From the NCBI RefSeq assembly GCF_009914755.1, contig NC_060947.1: a stretch of 64,000 bases of DNA; one strand, 5' to 3'. The translations under genes were made by a program, and so were the position numbers. The notes under the pieces were generated by a model. That model did not search any database. It saw nothing but the letters and a program-made list of their open reading frames with translations, and was not told the DNA's origin. This document shows, in pieces, positions 42,110 to 57,567 of the stretch; the first letter of the stretch is position 1, and every line of letters begins with the position of its first letter. Source of the stretch: the human T2T-CHM13v2.0 reference genome, Homo sapiens.

Positions 42110-42117
42110 TTTTTTTT

Positions 42118-42362
42118 GAGAAGCATACAGATTTATTTACTATAATAAATAAAGTGACACAGGAGCCTTCATAAGGAAATGAAGACTTGAAGAAAGGGGT
42201 AAATCTGTGTATATTTTATGCTGGGCTTGATAAGGAAGTGGATAATCGTGAAGCATGATTGGATAAAAAAGTGTGATCTAATGTTAGTCAGCTGGGGGGA
42301 ATTTAGCAAGGCCTGTTTGTTCAGGTTCTACTCTGTGACTTTGTGTCTTCAAAACTAGGATG
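42118..42362 (-). mobile_element. MER4-group (MER67/MER31-like) LTR fragment
   Basis: agcatacagatttattt...gtgacacaggagccttcataaggaaatgaagac...ttagcaaggcctgtttgttcag. Family assignment from memory. Confidence 0.55.
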
Positions 42363-44390
<2,028 letters not shown>

Positions 44391-46297
44391 TAGTTTTCAC
44401 TCTATAAATTTGTTTAAGTGATAAGGTACATCATTCTACTTCTCATGGCTTTTTTTTTTTTGAGGGGGTGAATAAAAGTTTAAAGAATAAAATTCTAGTG
44501 GTTTGACCTTTATTAAGATTTTGACTGCTCAGCTGTCCAGGCACATGTGATCCACCTCCTGTTTGAGTATGTATAACTGACTTAGTGGGAATTTTGGATG
44601 CGTTTTTACACTGGGAAATGTACTTGGCTACCTGGGAGTTTATTGCGTTCAAAAATCATCAAGGCTGAAAGGTTTTTTCTTTTCATCATGTATTTCTTTG
44701 TAGGGTATAGAGAGTTGGGACTACATTGCACCTGGACTATGTTTGGGGACAGAAAATAGCTGAGTAAATGCCACTGGAGTCTCCAGTTATTTCAAATGGC
44801 AATATTCTGTACTTTGGTATGAAGCATTTGGGATACAGATTATGGGAAGAGGGATTGTAGTATGGAGAAAGAACTTCTTCTCTACCAATGTCATAGGTGT
44901 AGAGAACAGATAAACAGTAGGTTTGGTCACAGACTAGCCAAGGCAGTGCGAGAAAGATCTCGCAGGTCAGGCAGATATCAGAAAGAGAAATCTAAAATGT
45001 TGAGTAAAATAAGAGAAAACCTTCTCCTTTCCCACCTTACTGATCTATCCAATGTGGGATCGGGCAGAGGTGAGTGCTGGGGAAAGTTTTGCAGAAAGGT
45101 GAAAACCTTAATTATGACTGGAAGAGTTGAGAAATTCTGAGCTCTCATTTTGAAATTACAAGCCAAAAATATTATCTCCCTTTAAATTAAAAACTTAAAA
45201 TTAATTTAATATGGCTGTTTCTTTTTATTTTTGCTAGACTTAGCTTCATCATGAAAATGTCAACTCCAACAGCTTCTTTCTGTATAAGCAAAGGATGTTG
45301 AGATGGGTGGGGACATGAGGAAGGGATGTGGTCTGACTCATGGTGTATGCCAGGTTGGGAAGAAATATGAATAAAGATATTATAGGCAGGTATTGGCTTT
45401 CAACTTTAAGATGGTGGAATGGAAATTAGACTCTACTAATATGGTTCTAACATAATGCATTTCATGCTTTGCAGTTTGATTTAATTGGTGATTTTAAGTA
45501 CAGTATAAAAATTATCATTGATAGGTTTTGTCACTATTTTTGATATTTTGTGTTAGCAAGGCTGACTCAACCTGTCACCCAATACTCTCCACAGTGATAA
45601 TATTGTTCTTGTCATCTAGATAAGCTGTAAACTTAAACAGGCGTGGATTCTCTTCTCACCTATAAAAATGAATTTAACCATATATCAAGTTTACTGAGAA
45701 ATGTGGGCCAGGACAAGTTTTAATTAAAAAAATGGTAGTTTATCATATTCTATTCTACAGTATAATGTTATCTAATAGTAAGTCATGAAAAGTCCTACAT
45801 AAATTGGTTGCACACTAATTTTTCGATTTCTTCTTTCCGTGGCTCCCCATGACCTCTAGACTCTAGTCACATTGAGGTATCTGATATTCCAGGAATAGGC
45901 CATGTGAGCCCTCATCTCCATGTCTTTGCTTGTCCCAATTTATCTATCTGGAGTGTCACTCCACCCCATTCTCCTGTTCAGTTCTTCTCATCATTCAAAC
46001 TCTCGTTCCTGTGACATTTCCTCTAAGAACTTTTTCCTGTGTGTCCCTTCCCTGGCCCCAATCAGTCAGAAGTAATCACTCCTCTCTCTGGGATGCCACA
46101 GTTCTTTTAGCCCTGGCATCTTTTGGCTTCGGGTTCAAATTAGTAGGAAATCCAGAAATGCTTAAAGAATTTATTTTCCTTTGATAGTAATATACGTGTC
46201 AACTCTGCATCATTAATAAACTCATAGAATTACTAAGTTGGTTAGGTTTCTTGCTCTGTTTGCAATTGCCCATGCATACACCTGAAGGAGATTTTCT

Positions 46298-46320
46298 GGT
46301 GTGTGTGTGTGTGTGTGTGT
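46298..46320. repeat. (GT)n microsatellite
   Basis: Direct reading. Confidence 0.9.
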
Positions 46321-49300
46321 TTTCAGTCTTCTCCCAGAAGGATAGGTAATACATGGGCTCATCTGAAAGAAAAACAGTATAGGACACTGACCAAGAGAAT
46401 TTGAACTTTGGCCAGCTGTGTGTCCTTAGGCCAATCACTTTGTTTCTCTGAGCTTAATTCACCTTATATGTAAATGGAATTAATATTTATTTTTAAAGGA
46501 GAGTGATAAAATACTTTACTTTTATTATCTTATTTATTATTTTTCATGATTCTGTGATTTAGATAGTAATTTTATAGATAGTAAGTTTAAATACTGAATA
46601 TATTAGGCAATAAATAGATTTGTCTCATAGAAGAGCAGAACTCAAAAGCAGATGTGTCAGAAGCCCAGGGGCATGTTCTTAGACAGTATATATTTAACAT
46701 TGTAACTTTCAGTCATTTAATTAGGTTATGAATTAGTTTTATATATATGGAAAAATATGATAAATCGATTGACAATGGGAGAGTGCTTGTTAATAGCATT
46801 AGTTATTTTCATTAGTTATTCTAAGAAAACTTAGAAAGTGCCTAAATAATACAATAATATTTGTAGGAAGAAGTACATTTCTAATTCACCAAATTCATAT
46901 TTATAAAATTTATAACATATTGATACTTCTGTTATAATTTAATATTTCAAAATAAAAAATTGTATATAGCACAACTGTCTAAAATGGACAACCACAAATA
47001 AAATGTCCATGTCAACAACAACAGTAATATATATTGCTTTTTTCCTAGGGTTGCTGTGGAATAAAATAATACACGTCACAAAGCCTAGTCAATAGTAGGT
47101 GCTGAAGACCGTAATACAGGGCTATGTGCTTTATAGATAATGTGACTCACTGGCTGTCTGCCTAATTGGAAGCAGAGAAGCCAGAATAAAACCACTTTTT
47201 CTTACCTTTGTTACTCATGTCTACTCTCATTAGTGCACCAAAAAGGTGCAACAGAAGCAATGCCCAGAGAATGTAACAATAACCAGATACAAATTCACAA
47301 TAACCTGATTCTGTGCCTGCAAATTATTAACTTTATGAACTTGAGAAAGTTATTTTGACTGCTTGGAGCTCCAATTTATCTATCTCTAAAATGAATACCT
47401 ACATTTCAGGCTTATTGGAGAGTGTAGGGCTATAAAAAACTGGATATAATTCAGTGCCTAATACATATTAAGTTTAAAAATATTTGTTAAATGAATGAAT
47501 GAATGAAGTAATAGATGAATGAATACCAAATGTCTAGTAAAATATTTGACCCATAGTAGGAGTTTAACAACTGTTAATCATTACTTTCAACGCTGGCTGT
47601 GAGCATTAAAAAAAATCACCCTGGTAATCTGCCTGGTACATTTTAGGTAATCAGTGGTGCTTATTTGAGATATATGAAAAAATGTGACAAAAATTACATA
47701 TGGAAAGGCAAATTATTTAGATAAAACAAAAATCTGTTAAATCTCTAAATTATTTAACAAACTGTGCATTACGATATAAAGCAAATTAAGAAAAAAACAG
47801 CAGCCAAAGAACAAAACAGTGTTTACTGGGAGGAGGGAAACGTATCAGGATTCCAGCTGAGCATGGTAGCTTGCACTTTCTCTGCTTTATGGAGCTCCAG
47901 CTCTTTTCAGTGCATTTAGCCCTATTTATTCCAGATTATTTTCACTTGTTAGAGGCAAAGTGCTAATTACAGCATTGCTCAATCTTGGCTATTTTTCAGG
48001 AATAAAAATGTATCACTGCATTTTATTAACCCTCAGTTTGATTTATGTCTTCTGATTTCACAGAGTAGATAACCTACACGCCCATATTGCTGCCTTCCCT
48101 GTTTTCAGCTGCCTTTGTATTTGCTGGATGTATATGATGTCCTGAATATTCTCTCCACTCCTTAGCTCTCTAAAAGGCCCATTGTTACTGTGTGCACGAT
48201 GGCACATCATTTCATACTTCACAGTCAAACTTCTCAAGGGATTCAACCAATTTTATAGTAAAGCTGAACATCAGAAATATAAAAATCACATCATACACAA
48301 AAATAAATCTGTTAGCAAGAGCCACCTTTTCTCTGTTGGTTAAGCTCAGTTTTATAAAGAATTTTGTTACTTGAGGGACATATGAATAGTGATTACTTCA
48401 GCTAATTAAATACTCTAATACTGAAAGTCACCCAACAGAAAGCAAGGTGTGAGCATGCACTTTGGCAACAGTCTCCTCAACCTCAGCTCTATCTCCTTTG
48501 TGACTTTGAGTAAGTTGCTTACCATCTTCAAACTGTAGTTTTCCTCTACATCTAAGAAATGGGGAAGCAGTTTTGCCAAGTGGTTGAGAATACAGACTTC
48601 AGTATTGGACAGAATTAGGTTTGAGTCCCCTTTCTCTCTGTGACTTAATAGTTGTGTAAAATTAAGTTATATCACTTTTTCAAGCAGTGAGGATTAAATA
48701 CATACAAAATACCTATCAGAGAGCTTGCTGTGTGTATTAAGCACTCCATAAATGGCAGCTCTTCTTGTCACTACCTTCCTTAATAGCTTTTTCATTAAAT
48801 GTGATAAGCACAAAACCTCTTGGCACCTTGTGAATCCTCAATCTGTCTATAGAGTTGAATTTCACCTTTCTGTGACTCCCTTAGCTAGCAGAGAGCTTGG
48901 ACTGTGGAAATTCCTAAGCAACCATTTGTCGATTAAATTCTGAATTGTTCAAGTGGAAAGAGGGGTCAAGGACTTACATTGCTATTGGTTTCAAGATTTA
49001 CTTTTTAGTTCTGGCTGATAGTTTGCTACTGCCTGGTACATTAGCTGACAAGACTGCATAAGAAAACTTATTGAAGACGACACCCATGCTACTCTGGACA
49101 GACTGTGCAGTCTTGACTTTGTCTGAAATATAAGGAAACAACAAAGAACTCAAGGCACAGATGTTCTTCTGTGAACAGCAACACTTCAAAACAGTGTACA
49201 GATTGAAAAACACTACAGAGCAAAGCTGGAGATTTGTTTCCCAGGGAAATAATAATGTTTTCAGTAATTGAAAAAACATTCTTGTTAGTGTTTCTCAGTA

Positions 49301-52300
49301 CACCAAGAGATGACACACACACAATTTTGGTCCTAGGCTTGGTCCATTATTTGTTATGTTGGTGTGTCTTATGTTTGACCACAACTGATGATGCTTTAAT
49401 TTAGATATGCCATATTGAACAGGATAGGAAGAGAAGTGCTTAGACTAAAGCCTTCTTTTTTGCTTCCCAGCCTCTTGCTTTCACAATGAGGTGGGAGTAG
49501 GGAAGTAACATGATTAAAATAAAATAGAAGGATGAACATTCAGATGTCTCGAAAGAATCTTGCCCAGAAGAAGGGAGGTAAATTTTATTAAGAAAACAAG
49601 ATTCTCTTTCTCCTGTATGTAGGACACATTCAGATTTTATTTCATCTCTCAGGTACCTTTTTAGGCAAGCAAATGTATAGTTTGAAAAACCGGAGAAAGT
49701 TATCAGATAAGTAATAAAATAGAAATGTTGATACAAAGAAAGGAGCTAGCTCTACAACTTGCTAAGCTGTGTGAGTGTGTCAAACTGATTTCTGGGCCTC
49801 ACTTTACTTAGCTGTCAAATATAAACAATAATGAAACACACACACACACACTTATATACACATCCTTCTGGCCACAGTCTCATGTTAATAATATGAGGAT
49901 TTTATGAACTCATAAATGGGGAACTATTGCAGAAGTCAAATATGAGTGAAAGTTTTATTAGATAATCATTTACATATTTATATCATTAACCAGTTTCCAA
50001 AGAATATTATTGTTAATCAAAAGTTCACAGTAAAATCAGTTGTTTCAGACCAGTCAGAGTATGAGTATGTGGACCAGCAGGACAGGAGATGAGAGATTTG
50101 GCTATTATTGGTGAGTCTCAAGACATGGAAGGTTTCCAGAGTGATTTTCTCACACCCATTTTTCTCCCATTTCCCCATGCTTCTCACAGTGAGGCAGTTT
50201 AACCAGTCTACTGTTTCTACAGTGAGGCAGAGAAAGATGAGAGGCAGAGTAAGACAGAGGAGAGAGAAAGAGAGAGGGCTGCACTGGGCAAGATAGTCAG
50301 AGAAGTTCAGAGAAGAGAGGAAACACAGGCTCAGGAACTGGGGAGAAATCCTAAGATTCATCTTGGTTAGTGTAATAATCTGTCTGTCACATTGAATTAA
50401 ATGTAGTACACTCCTCAGTGCTTATCCAGTGCTGAAGCCATATTATACCAGTGACCATGACTGCTAGTTACGTTTCCAAGTTCAGTTTTCTCATGGGTCA
50501 AATCAGCAGTTGCACCTACCATATAGTATAGACATAATACATGATATTCTCTCTCACCCCGTAGCCTGCTGCTATCTAACAGTGCCCCAGGACTTTCTTC
50601 CTCATTAAGGCTAGTAATAGTAGTTTGCATTTTTATCCTTTACTTCTCCTTCACAGAAGCCTAGCAAGGATGGATCACTGCATGCCCTCCTAAGCATGGT
50701 AACATAGCTATCTTTTCACACAATTTATTATTGAATCATAGGCCAAAACCTGATTTTTCATTTGTAAAGCTCTTTCCTACATATTATCTTAATATTCACC
50801 ACATTTCTCTCAAATAGAGCAAGTATCAAATTAGCTATCCTTTATTAAGTATTTGCTGAGCTTCAAACAATATGGTAAGCTCTTTAAACACATTATTGCA
50901 TATATCCTTGAAATGGTTTCATAAGATGTATTTTTTCTATATCCCATTTTACATTTGATCTTAGCCCAAAAGGCAGAGACACAATTACATTCCATTTTAC
51001 AGATGAGGTCACAAAATTGGTAAACGTCAGAGCTGGAATTTGCACCCAAATGTGTCTGATTCCAAAGTCCATATTCTTAAAAATTCCACTATTCTCAAAT
51101 ATTGGTAGTTCCATTTAAAGGAAGCTGCTCTTTGAACTAAACTGAAGTCTGGAGTCTGACAGTCGTAAGTTCAGTAAGATGCCATAAAAATATTACTGGA
51201 CTTTTATGCCATTGATGAAAGGAATGATGGTTAATTCACTTGGATGCCTCTTTCCGTCCCTAATGCATTGCCTTGTATGTAGTAGGTACTTAATGCTCCT
51301 TTTGTGAGGGCATGCATAAGAAATGACTCAGATATAGAAAAGGATTTTTGTAATAGTCCACTCTGACTTGTGTGAGTAAAGGACTGAATACAGAATGGGG
51401 TTTCTGGCCTGAGCCTGTGTGGGCCCAGAGGAATGGAGCAGATAAGGATAGAGCATATATATGTATATCAAAACCTATAATCTGGGAAAATTCAAGAGAT
51501 GAACAACAAGAAGGCTGAGATCCAAAATCTGGAAAAGTTGGGTCAAATGGGTCATTCACAGGGAGATAATGAGGTAAGTAGCAAGAGTTAGAACATGGAT
51601 GGGGCCAAGGGAGTGAGAGAATCCAAGAGGACAAGAAACAGGGGCACAGAAGGAAGGTTTGAGAACAGACATAGAAATGGGCTTGCTACTGCACTAGGAT
51701 ACTTTATTAGATGCTCTGAGAATATCAATGCATTGGCTTCATTATATATTTTAGAAAAAACTCCAATAGATAATTTGAATCAGTGAACCAACACCATAGG
51801 ACAGAAAGCCAGTAAAATATACTCAAATAAAAACTTCACTTCCTCACGGTGAACTCATAAGATGTCTGGGAGTAGACAACTTTGTCCTCAGGTAGACTTA
51901 AGATTCTGAAATTAGCGTTCACCAAGGTACATAGTACTAGAAAGATAAAATTATGCGCTTTGAGACACTTTTGAAAACTGTAGAATAATTACATTTATCA
52001 ATCCTGAAAGGCTTTGGTTTATGGGAGCCAGCAACATGAGCACATAGAAAAAATTGCTAACCTGTTCTTATTCTGCTTTAATCTAATATATAAGGCAGTT
52101 TGAATGGTCTTGATCAGAGGCTTGACTGAATTCAGAGAGATGTATTTGTTTTCCCTTTGGATATCTGAGTAGACTATACAGAGGCAGAGTTCAGCTGGTG
52201 GTGCAAAAGGTTTTTTCAATGATTAGAGAGATTCAAGGAAGAAATTGTTTGCTTTGTGAGAGGAATTGAGCTCCCTGACTCTGGGTGTTCAAATAGATGC

Positions 52301-52899
52301 TGGAAAGTTATGTGCTCTAATATTTTCATATGAAACTAGAAAATATGCCTGAATTTAATCTTGAAATCTTCTTTCTTTCAATCCTGAAATTCTATGAGTT
52401 CTAAAAACCATAAGAGGGTGGCAGGAAGAAATTTTTTTCTATAATATTACAGTCTAATTTTTAAAATGAGCTCTATGTAGTTCTCTAATGTTGATGTATA
52501 TTTTAAGAAACTGCATTTATTCATTAAAATATTTCACCTTTTGAAATAATACTGGGTCCAAGATTAAGTAAACATTTGGACGTTTGATTAGAGAAATTTT
52601 GGAATGCACATAAGTGGAGGGCTTAAATACACTGTCCTATTCATTGTTACAGCTAGTTCAAAATCTGGCGCAATGGAAAGGGAACAGAACTAGGTTATGA
52701 CCCAAATAATGGTCTAGGATTTGCAACCAATTCACTGTGAGACCTTGGAGAAATCCTTTCTTCTCTTATGACTTCTGGTTTCCCCTCCTAGAAAATGAAG
52801 GGATTGGATTCTATTCAATTAAAAAACATTCCACCTAGCAACACCCAATATTCTACTGTTGTTGGATGAAATGTTATCTTGCTGTTTTCAGTATTATTT

Positions 52900-54240
52900 C
52901 ACTTTAGACCGTTTGACTTTATTGTCTTTCATCTGTTTCAAGATCTTATTCAATATATAACATTTTACTTTGTTAAGAGAAAAAATTAGAATAAAAAGTT
53001 AATTATACTTATTCATAATTATCTACTTCGCTATCTTTATTGATTTGTTTGTGTGTATTGGGATTTCTGTCTGAGATTATTTGCTTTTGACCTAAACAAC
53101 TTTGTTTTTTCTTATAAGGCAAGTTTGCAATCAATAACTTTTCTGTGTCTGGTAGTCTTCATCTTTCATTTATGGATTATAGCTTTCCAATATGCAAGAT
53201 TCTTAGTTGAGAGGTTTTTTTTTTTTTTCAAAACATTAAATATGTCATCTTGCTACTATCTGGTCTACATGGTTTCTGATGAGAATACTTTTGTATATGT
53301 TATTATTTAGGTTCCCTTGTATGTAACTACTCATTTTTATCTTGATGCTTTTAAGACTTTGACTTTGTCTTTTATCATTTTGACTAATTTTTCTGGGTGT
53401 AGATCTATTTACCTTTCTCCTACTTTGAGTTTATGGAGTTTCTCGGATGGTTTTCATCGCATTTGGGACTTTTCGGCCATCATTTCTTCATATGTATATT
53501 TTTTCTTCTCGATTATCTCTCTCCTCTTATTCTGATACTTCAATTATACTTACATTGAATCACTTAATTGTGTCCTACATTTATCTTATACTTTGCTTAT
53601 TTTTACTCTTAATTTGCTACTTTTGTTCTTCAGATTGCATACATTTTATTTGTCTCTCTTTAAGTTCACTGATCTTTCCTCTGGAAGCGGAAATTGACTC
53701 TAATGAATTTTTAAAATCTGTTATTGTATTTCTGACTGCAGAATTTCATTTTTTGCAAGTTTAATTTTTAATCTGATGGTTTGGTATATAGATTTTGGAA
53801 ATTTAAGAATATTGGTGATTTTACTAAATACAAATAAACATTTTTTCAGTTTTTAAAATTGTGGTAAAATATGCACAACATAAAATTTACTATTTTAACT
53901 ATTGTTAAGTGTACAGTTCAGAAGAATTAAGTAATTTATATTTCCTTTTTAATAATTTATATCTCTTCGTTAATATTTTTGCTTGTATGAAACATCATTA
54001 TATCTTCTTGTGCTTCTTTAATCATGGTTTTATTTAGTTCTTTGAGCCTATTTATAAGAGATGCTTTGAAGCTGCCCCTGCCAGATAACTTCTGGGGCCT
54101 CAAAGGCAGTTATAATACCCTGCTTTATTCTGTGCATGGTCCACTTGTTTTTGTTTCTTTGCTTGTCTTATATTTTTTATTTTTTAAAACAGGAATTTTA
54201 TACAATATTTTGTAACAAGTCTGCAAACTAATTCACTATC
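52900..54240 (-). mobile_element. Old L1M fragments (including an L1MB-like 3' end at about 53840-53935)
   Basis: T-rich decayed L1 ORF1-like sequence and ttttaaaattgtggtaaaatatgcacaacataaaatttactattttaac. Confidence 0.6.
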
Positions 54241-54479
54241 CCCCCAGGGTCATTTTTGCTGTTGTTTGCATTTCTATGTTGTTAGTGACTTAGGTATTGT
54301 GCGGGGTGGAAGGTCTTGTTCTCAATTCTCATATTCTTGCCCTACAAGGAAGCTGAAATTAAGGAAATTGGGTTTCAGTATTTTTGTTCTACTATACCTG
54401 GGGAAGAGCATCTGCTTAATGAGTGGTAGTGGGATGGTAAAGGGAATATTAGTACTCTCAATCAGAAAAAAATACAATG

Positions 54480-55593
54480 GAAAGAGTAAAAATAGACTTC
54501 CCTTTTCGTCCTGAATACTGTATAGTATGCTGAACAGCTGAAGCAAAGATCATAACATTGATGTGGTTCTCAAATTACGCAGAGAAAATATGTAAAACAA
54601 CTTAAACGTTGTCAAGTAAAGAGCTTAAAGAAAGATAAGGTTCCTTAACTTCACTTGTAGTGATGGAATGTTAACCCCTGTAGACTATAAAAATCATGTA
54701 TTTATATTGTAATACCTACAGCAGCCACTAGAAAAATGTATACACTGACAAACACTCAAAAATAGAAAAATCATAATGGAATATGGCAAAAAAAAAAGGA
54801 AACACAGAAATAAAGAACCGAAGGAGCAAACAGAAAACAAAATAATAAAATAAGCTTAAACTTTGACTTACCAATAATTTCATTAGATGAAAATAGTCTA
54901 AGGACACCAAATAAGACAGAGATTGGAAAAGCAGCTTAGAAAACAGAACCCAAACATATTGTGTCTACAAGAAACTCCCTTAAAACATGGTGACATAAGT
55001 TGAAATAAAAGGATGCAAAAAAGTATGTCATGCCAATATTAATCAAAAGACAGAGGGAATGGCTATATTAACACAAAACGAAATAGATTTCATTGAAAAG
55101 AAAATTATCAGCAACAGAGAGAGATATTACGTAGTGATAAATGGGTCACTCCTCCAAGAAGACATAGCAATCTGAAATGTGAATGCACAAAACAATAATC
55201 CTGCAAAATAGGTGAAACCAAATTGGTAGAATTGAAAGAAATACCAGGCAAATCCACCATTACAGTTGCAATTTTCAACACTTCTCTCTAGAACTAGACA
55301 GAAAATAAGTAATGATACAGAAGAACTTGAGGACTCCATCAGCTAATAGGTTCTTAATAACATTTATGGAACACTTAACAACAGAAGAATACATATTATT
55401 TTCATGCACCTAGAGAGCATGTACCAAGGTATATCATATTCTGACCAGTAAAACAACCCTCAACAAATTAAAATAATTGGAATCATGCAGAGTGGGCTCT
55501 CTGGCCAAAATGAAATAACATTAGGATAATTGACAGACATATAACAGGGAAATAACAAACATTTGGGAGCTAAAAATCACACCGCTAAATAAC
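54480..55593 (+). mobile_element. Old L1M, ORF1/ORF2 endonuclease region (left part; continues at 63312-64000)
   Basis: Decayed EN sequence (gtgtctacaagaaactc..., ctccaagaagacatagcaatc...) interrupted at ctaaataac by HERV-L. Confidence 0.8.
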
Positions 55594-56038
55594 TGTATTA
55601 ATCAGGGTTCTCCAGAGTGACAGAACTAATAGGATGGACATATATACAAAGTGGAGTTTATTAAGTATTAACTCACACAATCACAAGGTCCCACAATAAG
55701 CCATCTGCAAGCTGAGGAGCAAGGAAAGCCAGTCTGAGTCCCAAAACTGAAGAACTTGGGGTCCAATATTAGAGAGCAGGAAGCATGCAGCACAGGAGAA
55801 AGATGTAGGCTGGGATGCTAGGCCAGTCTAATCTTTTCACATTTTTCTGTCTGCTGTATATTCTAGCCATGCTGGCAGCTGATTAGATGGTGCCCACCAG
55901 ATTAAGGATAGGTCTGCATTTCCCAGCTAACTGACTCAAATGCTAATCTCTTTTGGCCACACCCTAACAGACACACCCAGGATCAATACTTTGCATCCTT
56001 CAATTCAATCAAGTGGACATTAGGTATTAACCATCACA
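55594..56038 (-). mobile_element. MLT2A1-like 3' LTR
   Basis: tgtattaatcagggttctc...tttattaagtattaactcacac...ttaaccatcaca. Confidence 0.9.
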
Positions 56039-56304
56039 AGTCCACTCCTTGTCAACTTGGACCCAAACATGTCTCCTGAGATCATACATAATCTTCAAAT
56101 AAAGACAATAATAAGGTCACAATTATGCCTAACATAATACAACTATCCTTCATACAACCAGAAAAGTACCGAACCTAAACTCATATACTATTACATAAAG
56201 TTAACAACATTTAAATGCTGATACGAAGTCAGTAAATCTTATGTCACATGATAAAGAAAACAATGAAGACTTTTTTTTTAGTACAAGTGTATAAATGCAC
56301 AAAC

Positions 56305-57567
56305 TTTTTTTTAAATTATACTTTAAGTTCTAGGGTACATGTGCACAACGTGCAGGTTTGTTACATATGTATACATGTGCCATGTTGGTGTGCTGTACCC
56401 ATTAACTCATCATTTAACATTAGGTGTATCTCTTAATGCTATCCCTCCCCCCTCCCCCAACCCCACAACAGGCCCCAGTGTGTGATGTTCCCCTTCCTGT
56501 GTCCAAGTGTTCTCATCGTTCAATTCCCACCTATGAGTGACAACATGCAGTGTTTGATTTTTTGTCCCTGCAATAGTTTGCAGATAACGATGGTTTCCAG
56601 CTTCATCCATGTCCCTGCAAAGGACATGAACTCATCTTTTTTATGGCTGCATAGTATTCCATGGTGTATATGTGCCATATTTTATTAATCCAGTCTATCA
56701 TTGATGGACATTTGGGTTGGTTCCAAGCTTTGCTATTGTGAATAGTGCTGCAATAAACATACGTGTTCATGTGTCTTTATAGCAGCATGATTTATAGTCC
56801 TTTGGGTATATACCCAGTAATGGGATGGCTGGGTCAAATGGTATTTCTAGTTCTAGATCCCTGAGGAATTACCACACTGTCTTCCACAATGGTTGAACTA
56901 GTTTACAGTTCCACCAACAGTGTAAAAGTGTTCCTATTTCTCCACATCCTCTCCAACACCTGTTGTTTCCTGACTTTTTAATGATCGCCATTCTAACTGG
57001 TATGAGATGGTATCTCACTGTGGTTTTGATTTGCATTTCTCTGATGGCCAGTGATGATGAGCATTTTTTCATGTGTTTTTTGGCTGCATAAATGTCTTCT
57101 TTTGAGAAGTGTCTGCTCATATCCTTTGCCCACTTTTTGATGTTTTTTTTTTTTATTATACTTTAAGTTTTAGGGTACATGTGCACATTGTGCAGGTTAG
57201 TTACATATGTATACATGTGCCATGCTGGTGCGCTGCACCCACTAACTCATCATCTAGCATTAGGTATATCTCTCAATGCTATCCCTCCCCCCTCCCCCCA
57301 CCCCACCACAGTCCCCAGAGTGTGATATTCCCCTTCCTGTGTCCATGTGATCTCATTGTTCAATTCCCGCCTATGAGTGAGAATATGCGGTGTTTGGTTT
57401 TTTGTTCTTGTGATAGTTTACTGAGAATGATGATTTTATCTTGTAAATTTGTTTGAGTTCATTGGGGATTCTGGATATTAGCCCTTTGTCAGGTGAGTAG
57501 ATGATTACAAAAATTTTCTCCCATTCTGTAGGTTGCCTGTTCACTCTGATGGTAGTTTCTTTTGCTG
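56305..57567 (-). mobile_element. 5'-truncated L1PA (about PA5) inserted in HERV-L, about 10-bp TSD
   Basis: TSD atgcacaa(a/g)c at 56295-56304 and 57568-57577. Confidence 0.9.
57143..57436 (-). mobile_element. Young L1PA2-like 3' fragment nested in the older L1
   Basis: Second poly(T) at 57143. Minus-strand diagnostics gctagatga(t)gagttagtgggtgcagcgcaccagc, caccgcatattc and gagatcacatgg. Confidence 0.88.

Noticed and set aside
48990-49300. Coding-looking stretch (possible second GPCR, processed pseudogene or transposase remnant)
   Set aside because: The two + frames I translated have stops, and I recognise no protein family in them or in the listed minus-strand ORFs. A tBLASTx search would be needed.
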